From: Candidatus Multivoradales bacterium
GTDB taxonomy: Bacteria; Acidobacteriota; Thermoanaerobaculia; Multivoradales; JAHEKO01
Length of the DNA stretch: 64,000 nucleotides
Direction: 5' to 3'
Assembly (NCBI GenBank): GCA_965223155.1
Contig: CBDCVR010000013.1
Coordinates: forward strand, 918,659 to 982,658
Position 1 is the stretch's first letter. Each line of letters begins with the position of its first letter. This document shows positions 9,537 through 17,519 of the stretch, in pieces. Below the pieces are notes generated by a model. The model worked only from the letters and a program-made list of their open reading frames with translations. It was not told the DNA's origin and ran no database searches. The position numbers and the translations under genes were made by a program.

Positions 9537-12035
9537 CTAGCCCGGCGTTGCTTCCGCCTCGGAGAGCGGTAGCCGAACGGACGCGGGCTCCAGGCAGCGG
9601 CGATCGTCGCAGGCCTGGAAGTCCACGGTCAGGGCGGGCTCGGTACCGGTCGTTCGAAGCCGGCCGGCGAACCGCACCCGGCCCTCCAGAATCCGGATCG
9701 CCTCCGAAGGTCCGACCTGAAGGGTACGAGGCTCCGGCAGCTCGTCGATCCGGACCTCCACGTCCACACCGTCGAGCCGCAGCGGGAGCACCCACTCCGG
9801 CGCCTCGCCCGCCGGATCGGGCGCGTAGACGTGCCAGCCCGGTTGGATCGCAAGCTCGAGTGCGAAGCTCGATTCGCCGCTCGCGCCGCGCCTCGACTCC
9901 TGGTCGATTTCGGCGGTTTCGGCGGCAGCGAGGGTCAGCTCGAAGGCGACCGCTTGGTCGGATACTGGGCCCGATCCGGGGCCTGATCCCTCGGCCGATT
10001 CCGAGCTCGATTCGGGGGCCGCCGCCTCCGGGTGCTCCAGGCTTGCCGGCTTCGAGCCATCGGCTCCGTCTGCGACCCCGGCGGCCGCGGCTCGCCGGGC
10101 GGCGAGTGCCATCATGCGGGCGGGCTCGGCCAGCCGCTCCAGCAGGGGGCCGAAGGCGCGGAGCGCCCGCTCGGCGGCCTCGCGCCAACTGCGCTCGCCG
10201 GTCCGCTCGGCGAGCTCCAGGAGATTCAGGACCGCGACGGCGTTGGCCGAGGGCATGGCGCCGTCAAAGAGATCCTTGGAGCGCACCAGGAGATCTTCCG
10301 AGGCGGCGGCAGCGAAGAATCCACCGGCTGGATCGCCCAGGCGATCCTCCTGCTCGGCGGTGAGCCGCGCCGCTTCCTCGAGCCAGCGGCCGGAAGCACC
10401 GGCGGCGGCCGCCCGGTCAAGGGCCAGGAGACCCCGCACCAGGTAGGCGTAGTCCGACAAGAAACCAGGAACCTCGCCGCGCCCTTCGCGCCAGCTATGC
10501 AGGAGGGTTCCGTCGCGTGTCCGAAGCGCCGCCAGCACGAACTCGGCCGCGCGCTCGGCCTGGTCCACCAGGGCCGGCTCCCCGAGCACCCTGCCGGCCT
10601 CGGCCAGGCCCGAGATCGCGGTGCCGTTCCAGTCGGCCAGAATCTTGTCGTCGGTGAGTGGCCGGGGGCGCTCGGCGCGCAGCGCGAGCAGGCGCTCGGC
10701 CAGAGGCCGGATCTGCCCTTCGAGCTCGGCAACGGTGAGCTTGCGCCGCTCGGCCTGGGCTTCGAGCGACACCGGCAGATGGAGGACGTAGTAGCTTCCT
10801 TCGAAGAAGGCCTGCCGGTCGAAGCCGTAGATCGGCGCCAGGAAGCCGTAGTCTTCCTGGCCCAAGGCGTCGAGCAACTGGTCCCGCGTCCACACGTAGT
10901 AGGCGCCTTCGTGCCCGTCGGTCTCGGCGTCGAGAGCACTCCAGAAGGCGCCCTCGGGCGCGGTCAGCTCCCGCTCCAGAAAGCCGGCCACGCCGCGCAG
11001 CGTGGCCGCGGCCTGGGCGGCGGCACCGGCGTCAGCCGCGCCCGCGGCGCCCAAACGTTTCGCCTGCCGGGCGTAGGTCTCGAGCAGCCAGCCGTTGTCG
11101 TACAGCATCTTCTCGAAGTGCGGGACGTTCCACTCGCGGTCGGTGGCGTAGCGGTGGAAACCTCCGCCCAGGCGATCGTAGATGCCGCCCCGGGCCATGC
11201 GGTCGAGCGTGGTCGCAAGCATCGTCGCCGCACGTTCCGACTCGGAGGCGAACTCGTCGAGCAAGAGCAGGCCCGACGGCGCCGGAAACTTGGGCGCCGA
11301 GCCGAAACCGCCCCACTCGGGATCAAAGGAGCGCTCGAGGCCGGCCAGAGAGCGCTCGGCGGCGTCGGTGCCGGGCAGAGCCGCGGCCGGCTCCGGCCGG
11401 TCCTCCAGATGATGCCGGATGGTGGCGACCACCGAGGCCGCTTGCTCGCCCACGTCCGTCCGCCGGGTGGTCCACGCGTCGGCCATCGAATGCAGGACCG
11501 TGCGAAACGACGGCATGCCCGGCCGATCCACGGGCGGGAAGTAGGTGCCGGCAAAAAAGGGCTCGAGGGCCGGCGTCAGGAAGACCGAGTTGGGCCAACC
11601 GCCGTGCCGGGTCAGGATCTGGGTGGCGCTCATGTAGATCTCGTCCAGATCCGGCCGCTCTTCGCGGTCCAGCTTGACATTGACAAAATGCCGGTTCATG
11701 AGCTCGGCGGTGTCGTCGTCTGAGAACGACTCGCGCTCCATGACATGGCACCAGTAGCAGGTGGAGTAGCCCACCGACAGGAAGATCGGGCAGTCGCGTT
11801 CGCGCGCCGCCGCCAGGGCTTCGGCGCCCCAGGGGTACCAATCCACGGGATTGTGGGCGTGGAGCCGCAGGTACGGGCTGCTCGCAAGGGCCAAGCGGTT
11901 GGCGGGCCGGGAGTCGTCGCTCAAGGGTGCCGGGTCTCGCGGCCCGGGGATCCGAACGGGCCGGGCGCAGTGTAACAATGCGGCCCGCGACTCGAGATCC
12001 CGGCCGGCGGCGAAGGATTTCCGCCTCTCGGCCAT
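9537..12035 (-). CDS. DUF255/YyaL-type thioredoxin-fold protein with a six-hairpin (epimerase-like) domain and a C-terminal DsbD-N-like domain
   Basis: NPVDWYPWGAEAL, FLSVGYSTCYWCHVMERESF, VNVKLDREERPDLD, GGWPNSVF. The C-terminal part carries QPGWHVYAP ... FQACDDRRCLEP. The track ORF extends to 12098. I prefer ATG 12035 (MAERRKSF) because 12098 would overlap the divergent gene. The start is uncertain. Confidence 0.8.
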   Translation of the reverse strand: MAERRKSFAAGRDLESRAALLHCARPVRIPGPRDPAPLSDDSRPANRLALASSPYLRLHAHNPVDWYPWGAEALAAARERDCPIFLSVGYSTCYWCHVMERESFSDDDTAELMNRHFVNVKLDREERPDLDEIYMSATQILTRHGGWPNSVFLTPALEPFFAGTYFPPVDRPGMPSFRTVLHSMADAWTTRRTDVGEQAASVVATIRHHLEDRPEPAAALPGTDAAERSLAGLERSFDPEWGGFGSAPKFPAPSGLLLLDEFASESERAATMLATTLDRMARGGIYDRLGGGFHRYATDREWNVPHFEKMLYDNGWLLETYARQAKRLGAAGAADAGAAAQAAATLRGVAGFLERELTAPEGAFWSALDAETDGHEGAYYVWTRDQLLDALGQEDYGFLAPIYGFDRQAFFEGSYYVLHLPVSLEAQAERRKLTVAELEGQIRPLAERLLALRAERPRPLTDDKILADWNGTAISGLAEAGRVLGEPALVDQAERAAEFVLAALRTRDGTLLHSWREGRGEVPGFLSDYAYLVRGLLALDRAAAAGASGRWLEEAARLTAEQEDRLGDPAGGFFAAAASEDLLVRSKDLFDGAMPSANAVAVLNLLELAERTGERSWREAAERALRAFGPLLERLAEPARMMALAARRAAAAGVADGADGSKPASLEHPEAAAPESSSESAEGSGPGSGPVSDQAVAFELTLAAAETAEIDQESRRGASGESSFALELAIQPGWHVYAPDPAGEAPEWVLPLRLDGVDVEVRIDELPEPRTLQVGPSEAIRILEGRVRFAGRLRTTGTEPALTVDFQACDDRRCLEPASVRLPLSEAEATPG

Positions 12036-12091
12036 CCAAGAGATCGACGGTGGCGAGCCAACCTTCCCCGAACCCGCCTGCACGAACCAGG

Positions 12092-13816
12092 ATGACACCC
12101 GATTCCCCGAACCGCACCGGCTGGCCCCGCGCCCTCGGTCTCTACGCCCTCGTCGCTGGCGCGGTCTCGTTCTGGCGGCTGGGCGCGGTCGGTGTGCTGC
12201 GCATGGAGGGCATGCTGGTCGACGCCGCCCGCCGGATGCTGGCCGAAGGCGACTGGCTCGTGCCGCGCGTCTACGGCGAGATCTACACCTACAAGCCGCC
12301 GCTGGCCTACTGGCTCTCGAGCCTGCCGCTCCGGCTCGACTCCCAACCCGACGAATGGCTCCTGCGACTGCCCTTCGCCGCCTGCGGCTTTCTTCTCGGG
12401 CTGGGGATCCTGCTGCTGGTCGGCCGCCAAACCAGCCCGCGCGTGGGCCTGCTGGCGGCCCTCGCGTGCGTGACCTGCTCGATCTTCGTCCAGCAGGCCC
12501 GGATGGCCGAGTTCGACATTCCGCTCGCCGCGGGCGCCGGGCTGGCGATTACCGCGGCGGCGGTGAATCTGGCTCGGGAGCGGCCCCACCCCGGCCTTTG
12601 GCTCCTGGCCTACGCGGCTCTGGCCTGGGGGTTCCTCGCCAAGGGCGTTCCGGCCCTGATGGTCTTCGGCCCGGGCCTCCTGATCGCCGCCGTGCTCACC
12701 CGGCGAGGACGCCGGCTCATCGCGCCCGGACACCTGGCGGCGGCGCTGGCGTTCCTGGTCCTGGCCGGCGGCTACCTGACCATGGCCTACCGCGCGGCCG
12801 GCCCGCGAGTCTTCAGCCAGCCGCTCCAGGAAGCCAAGATCCGAGGTTTGAGCTGGGGCACGGGCGCGAGCGACAGCGCGCTCGCCCAGGCCGACTATCT
12901 GGACCTGACCGAGGAGCCCTCGGACGCCGTCGCCCGTCCCTACGGCTCGCTGGCCCGCACCCTGGCCAAGCCGATCCTGGTCGCCGTCGCGCTCCTGCCC
13001 TGGAGCCTGCTCTGGCCGCTTGCCTTCAGCCGCCGCACGCGCACCGCCCCGCCCACGACCGCCGGCCGGCTCTCGCTTGCCGCTCGCGGGTTTCTGATCG
13101 GCGGCATCCTCGCCTTCATGGCCACTCCGACCCATGCCATGCGCTACTACCTGCCCCTGGCCGCGCCGGCGGGCATCGTTTGCGGCGTGGCCTCGGTCGA
13201 GCTCCACCAACTGGGAGCCCGCCTGGTGCGCTGGTCGCGGCTGGCGGCGACCCTGCTGGCGCTGGCGGTCTCGAGCGCCACGGCGGCGCTCGCCTTCGTC
13301 CTGCCGGAGCCACCGATGACGCTCGCCACCCGCGCGGCTCTCGCCGCCGCCGGGGTCCTTGGAGTCGTGATCACGCTGCGGCTCCGAGACCGGTCCGCGA
13401 CGACGGCTCTGCCGGCCCTCCTCGTGCTTACCGGACTCGCTCTCCTCGCCGCCGAGGGTCTCGGCCTCCAGCCCGCACGGGCTCAGAAGCGGGTGCTCGA
13501 GAGCCAGGGCCGGGAGCTCGCCCGCAGGCTCGGCACCGACCGTCCTCTGTGGATTCTGGGACCGGCCGATCTGGCGGGCAAGAGCTCCTCGCTCTACTAC
13601 TACTTCGGCGGCGAGGTGCGCGCCTTTCATCGACGCGGAGCCCTGCCTCCCGACGGCGCCGCGTGCGTCCTGCCATCCGACCGGCTGGATGACGTCCACT
13701 GGCCGCCGGAGGTAAGGTTCCACGAGACCGGCCGGATCCCCGGACCGCGGCGCGACGTCGTCGTGGGACGTTGCGAGCGCGCCGATGCGGCGGCGACCGA
13801 CACCGGCCGGAGTTAG
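12092..13816 (+). CDS. ArnT/PMT-like (GT39/GT83 family) membrane glycosyltransferase
   Basis: Internal ATG 12092 (MTPDSPNRTGWPRALGLYALVAG). Motifs DAARRMLAEGDWLVPRVYGEIYTYKPPLAYWL, followed by many TM segments. Confidence 0.8.
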   Translation: MTPDSPNRTGWPRALGLYALVAGAVSFWRLGAVGVLRMEGMLVDAARRMLAEGDWLVPRVYGEIYTYKPPLAYWLSSLPLRLDSQPDEWLLRLPFAACGFLLGLGILLLVGRQTSPRVGLLAALACVTCSIFVQQARMAEFDIPLAAGAGLAITAAAVNLARERPHPGLWLLAYAALAWGFLAKGVPALMVFGPGLLIAAVLTRRGRRLIAPGHLAAALAFLVLAGGYLTMAYRAAGPRVFSQPLQEAKIRGLSWGTGASDSALAQADYLDLTEEPSDAVARPYGSLARTLAKPILVAVALLPWSLLWPLAFSRRTRTAPPTTAGRLSLAARGFLIGGILAFMATPTHAMRYYLPLAAPAGIVCGVASVELHQLGARLVRWSRLAATLLALAVSSATAALAFVLPEPPMTLATRAALAAAGVLGVVITLRLRDRSATTALPALLVLTGLALLAAEGLGLQPARAQKRVLESQGRELARRLGTDRPLWILGPADLAGKSSSLYYYFGGEVRAFHRRGALPPDGAACVLPSDRLDDVHWPPEVRFHETGRIPGPRRDVVVGRCERADAAATDTGRS

Positions 13817-13825
13817 ACTCACCGC

Positions 13826-14734
13826 GTGCGAATCGTCTCGCTCGTCCCGAACGCCACCGAGATCGTCTTCGCCCTGGGCGCCGGCGACCTGCTCGTAGGA
13901 GTCAGCCACGAGTGCGACTTCCCGCCCGAGGCCGCCAACCGGCCGATCCTGACCGGCAGCGTGCTGGCGCCGGATCTCGCTCCGGCCGAGATCGATGCCG
14001 CCGTCGGCGCGCAGCTCGCGGGCGGCGGCAGTCTTTACACCATCGACGAGACCCGTCTCCGGGAGCTGGCGCCGGACCTCGTCCTGACGCAGAGCCTGTG
14101 TCCGGTCTGCGCGGTCTCGCCGGAGCAGGTTGCCGGAGCCGTGGCCCGGCTCGAGCGCTGTCCGGAGGTGCTCTCACTCGATCCCAAGACCCTTGCCGAG
14201 GTCCTGGACGACATTCGCAGGGTCGGCGCGGCCCTCGATCGCGGGGACCGGGCCGCAGCGCTGATCGCGAAGCTCGAGCTCCGGATCGACCGGATTGCAA
14301 CGCTTGGTTCTCGCGCTTTCGACGGATCCAAGCCCAGCGTGTGCGCGCTCGAATGGCTGGACCCGCCCTTCGTCGCGGGCCACTGGGTGCCCGAGCAGAT
14401 CGCCCTGGCGGGCGGCGTGGACGCCTTCGCGGTCCCGGGGGATCCCTCGCGCAAGGTCACCTGGGAGGCCATAGCAGACGCCGATCCCGACGTCCTCGTC
14501 GCCATGCCGTGCGGCTTCGACCGGGCCGGCGCCGAAGCCGAGGTCGAAGCCTTCGCCTCCGGGCCGGCGGCAGCCACCTGGAAGACGCTCCGCGCCGTCC
14601 GGCAGGGCCGGGTGTACGCGGTCGATGCCAACGGCTGCTTCAGCCGACCGGGACCGCGCCTCCTCGACGGAACCGAGTTCCTGGCCGGCGTCCTGCGCGG
14701 CCGGCCGGCACCTCTTGATGGGGCCGCGGTCTGA
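13826..14734 (+). CDS. BtuF/FhuD-type (periplasmic-binding-protein type 2) cobalamin/siderophore-binding-like protein, no signal peptide
   Basis: GTG start. RIVSLVPNATEIVFALGAGDLLVGVSHECDFP, PDLVLTQSLC, PDVLVAMPCG, RVYAVDANGCFSRPGPRLLDG. Confidence 0.7.
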   Translation: MRIVSLVPNATEIVFALGAGDLLVGVSHECDFPPEAANRPILTGSVLAPDLAPAEIDAAVGAQLAGGGSLYTIDETRLRELAPDLVLTQSLCPVCAVSPEQVAGAVARLERCPEVLSLDPKTLAEVLDDIRRVGAALDRGDRAAALIAKLELRIDRIATLGSRAFDGSKPSVCALEWLDPPFVAGHWVPEQIALAGGVDAFAVPGDPSRKVTWEAIADADPDVLVAMPCGFDRAGAEAEVEAFASGPAAATWKTLRAVRQGRVYAVDANGCFSRPGPRLLDGTEFLAGVLRGRPAPLDGAAV

Positions 14735-14778
14735 GCGCCAAGAGCCAGCCCGGCTTCGGCTTCCGCCTGGCGCGGCGC

Positions 14779-15558
14779 GTGCTGACCCCCTGGAGCCGTC
14801 GGCGGGTGCTGGGCGCCGATCGCGCCCGCCTGGAGACGTTTCTAGACGACCTGCCGGCGGAGACGGCGAAGTCCCTCTTCGCGATCCCCGTCGTGCCGGG
14901 CAGCCCCGCCCTCGAGCCCCGGACGTACGAGCTCTTGACCGACCGCTGCCGGCTCCTGCTGGTCGCCAACGGTCTCGACCGGAGCGCTTCCCGGGAGCTG
15001 GCCCGGCGCTACGACCGAGCCCGCGTCTTCCGGACCGGAGCCTTGCCGGGCTTTCCGGCCAAGCACGGCACTCTGCTCACTCTGCTGCTCAGCGCCATCC
15101 CCGAAGACTTCGGAGTTCTGGACGACGATTGCTACGTCCGGGACGGCGCGCTTCTCGAGGTGCCCCAATTCGGTGAACGCGAGTTCCTCGCGGTTCCGGA
15201 TCACGTCCATTTCTTCACCGTCCACGAGCCGACCGGACGGCGGTATCCCAGAACCCACTTCCTCATCTTCCAGCGCGCCCGGATCCTGGAGCTCATGAAC
15301 CGGTACGCGATCGACGCCCAGAAGGTCGTCCATCCACCTCGCGCCTTGGCACCGCTTCTGGCGAAGCTGGAACTCGGACCTAGCCGCTACCCGAGGACGT
15401 ATCTACGCTATTTCGACACCATGCTGCTGCTGATCTCGGTGGCCTTGGCCAGCGGGCTCGAGGTGCGCTGGCTCCGAGCGGCCCCGGACGCGGTTCTCCA
15501 CCGGCGCCACCTCGAAGCCGAGATGGCTCGGGCCGGCACGGCCACCGGCAGCGGCTAG
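14779..15558 (+). CDS. Hypothetical protein
   Basis: Non-Arg-biased ORF with a plausible globular composition and a DDD motif (FGVLDDDCYV). I do not recognise the family. Confidence 0.45.
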   Translation: MLTPWSRRRVLGADRARLETFLDDLPAETAKSLFAIPVVPGSPALEPRTYELLTDRCRLLLVANGLDRSASRELARRYDRARVFRTGALPGFPAKHGTLLTLLLSAIPEDFGVLDDDCYVRDGALLEVPQFGEREFLAVPDHVHFFTVHEPTGRRYPRTHFLIFQRARILELMNRYAIDAQKVVHPPRALAPLLAKLELGPSRYPRTYLRYFDTMLLLISVALASGLEVRWLRAAPDAVLHRRHLEAEMARAGTATGSG

Positions 15559-15608
15559 CCAGGCTCGGGATCGCGTCGAAAGCCTAGAAACCGCCGGTCA
15601 GGCGCCGA

Positions 15609-16328
15609 TCAAGCGTCAAACGAGCTCTCGGCCAGCTCGTCGTCGGCTTCGGTCTCGTCTCGGCGGCTCAAGAAGAGCACGGTCACGCCGGTGAGATTCC
15701 AGAAGCCGATCGTGTACCAGTTGGGCCAGATCATCACCGCCAGAAAGGACAGGATGCCGACGCCGAACAGCGCGCCCATCACGCCCCGGACCTGCATCTC
15801 CGGCAGATGCCAGCGCGACACCATGAGCATGGCGAAGATCAGCACCACTGTGGCTGCCGCGGGCACCGGAATCTGGTCGCGCATCAGCACCAAGGCCATG
15901 AGATACCCGGCCGCTACCGGCGTCGGTACGCCGGTGGTGCGGTCGGCCTTGACGTGCTCGTCCGAAGTCAAGTTGAACCGGGCCAGCCGGTAGACTCCGG
16001 CCAGAACATAGGCCACGGCAATACCGACGCCAAATCCCTCGAGCGGGCGCAGGATCGCCTGATGGGCCAGGAAGGCGGGCGCGGCACAGAAGCTGAGACT
16101 GTCGGAGAGCGAGTCCATTTCCTGACCGAACTTCGAGGTCACGCCCAGCATCCGGGCAAGCCGTCCGTCGGCCAGGTCGAGGAGGATGGCGACGAAAAGC
16201 AGCGACACGGCCAGGCGGAACTTGCCGTCCGCGGCCGCAAGCATCGCCAGGAAGCCGACGACGATATTCGCCGCGGTGACCGCGTTGGGTACGAAGAGAA
16301 GACGGCGGCGCCCTTCCATAGCTTGCAT
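15609..16328 (-). CDS. pssA: CDP-diacylglycerol--serine O-phosphatidyltransferase
   Basis: CDP-alcohol phosphatidyltransferase motif DLADGRLARMLGVTSKFGQEMDSLSDSLSF, N-terminal PNAVTAANIVVGFLA, multi-TM. Confidence 0.8.
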   Translation of the reverse strand: MQAMEGRRRLLFVPNAVTAANIVVGFLAMLAAADGKFRLAVSLLFVAILLDLADGRLARMLGVTSKFGQEMDSLSDSLSFCAAPAFLAHQAILRPLEGFGVGIAVAYVLAGVYRLARFNLTSDEHVKADRTTGVPTPVAAGYLMALVLMRDQIPVPAAATVVLIFAMLMVSRWHLPEMQVRGVMGALFGVGILSFLAVMIWPNWYTIGFWNLTGVTVLFLSRRDETEADDELAESSFDA

Positions 16329-16501
16329 TGTAGCTTACGGAAAGTTCGGGGCCGGGTTTCCCGGCCGCTTTCCGACCCCGGAATCACCTGCCGAGCCAGC
16401 CGGCGCTGTGCTAGATTCGCCGCCGCCCGGCCGCCGCCGCCCGACCCAGAGGGACACCCTCTCAGGCAGGCGTCCAACCGGGTCCACCGCGGGAGCTTCC
16501 G

Positions 16502-17485
16502 ATGGAGATTTTCGACACCATCCTCGACACCCTGGGCAACACGCCCCTGGTGCGCCTGGGGCGCTTCCATTCGGGTCCGGCGACCCTGGCGGCCAAGATC
16601 GAGTCGTTCAACCCCGGCTCGAGCGTCAAGGACCGCATCGGCATCGCCATGATCGAGGCTGCCGAAAAGGCGGGAGAGCTCCAGCCCGGCCAGACCATCG
16701 TGGAGCCCACCTCGGGCAACACCGGGCTCGGCTTGGCCATCGCCGCCATCCTGCGCGGCTACAAGATGGTGTGTACCGCCGCCGACAAGATCCCGGCCGA
16801 GAAGGTCGCGCTGCTCAAGGCATACGGCGTCGAGGTCCTCACCTGCCCCACCAACGTGGCGGCCGACGATCCCCGCTCGTACTACAAGACCGCCGAGCGG
16901 ATTCGCGACGACGAAGGGGCCTTCCTGCCCTATCAGTACTACAACCAGGCCAATCCCTGGGCGCACTACCACTCCACCGGTCCCGAGATCTGGCGGCAGA
17001 CGGACGGCAAGATCACGCACTGGGTGGCCGGCGTCGGCACCGGCGGCACGATCAGCGGCACCGCCCGTTTTCTCAAGGAGCAGAACCCCGAGATCCGGGT
17101 CATCGGCGTCGATCCCATCGGTTCGGTCTACCAGTACTTCAAGACCCACGGTGAGCTGCCTCCCGAGGAAGACATCCATCAGTACCTCATCGACGGCATC
17201 GGCGAAGACCTGATGCCCGAGAGCGTCTGGATGGACACCATCGACGAGGTCGTCAAGGTGGACGACAAGTCGGCCTACGGCGCGGTCTTCGAGCTTGCTC
17301 AGACGGAAGCGATCTTCACCGGCTCGTCGGGTGCCGCCGCCGCCGTGGGAGCCCGCCGGGTGGCTCGCGAGCTGGGCGACGACGCCGTGGTCGTGACCCT
17401 GTTTCCAGACTCCGGCGAGCGCTATCTCTCGAAGCTCAACGAAGACTGGATGCGCGAACAGGGGCTACTGGACTCGGAAGAGTGA
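16502..17485 (+). CDS. Cystathionine beta-synthase / cysteine synthase family PLP enzyme (no C-terminal CBS pair)
   Basis: NPGSSVKDRIG (PLP lysine), EPTSGNTGLGLA, GVGTGGTISG, and the CBS-like stretches YQYYNQANPWAHYHSTGPEI and VIGVDPIGSVY. Confidence 0.85.
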   Translation: MEIFDTILDTLGNTPLVRLGRFHSGPATLAAKIESFNPGSSVKDRIGIAMIEAAEKAGELQPGQTIVEPTSGNTGLGLAIAAILRGYKMVCTAADKIPAEKVALLKAYGVEVLTCPTNVAADDPRSYYKTAERIRDDEGAFLPYQYYNQANPWAHYHSTGPEIWRQTDGKITHWVAGVGTGGTISGTARFLKEQNPEIRVIGVDPIGSVYQYFKTHGELPPEEDIHQYLIDGIGEDLMPESVWMDTIDEVVKVDDKSAYGAVFELAQTEAIFTGSSGAAAAVGARRVARELGDDAVVVTLFPDSGERYLSKLNEDWMREQGLLDSEE

Positions 17486-17519
17486 GCGCCGGGGAGCGCC
17501 GCCTCGAGTCGAGACTTCG

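Noticed and set aside
11921-13909. 662-aa minus-strand ORF (and 11851..13692 plus-strand, other frame)
   Set aside because: These are antisense or out of frame relative to the ArnT-like membrane glycosyltransferase. They are extremely Arg/Gly-rich and have no hydrophobic structure.
16329-16501. Possible riboswitch or ncRNA between pssA and the CBS-like gene
   Set aside because: Only short GC hairpins (GGCCGGG-TTT-CCCGGCC, AGAGGG-ACAC-CCTCT) were seen. I could recognise no conserved riboswitch core by eye.
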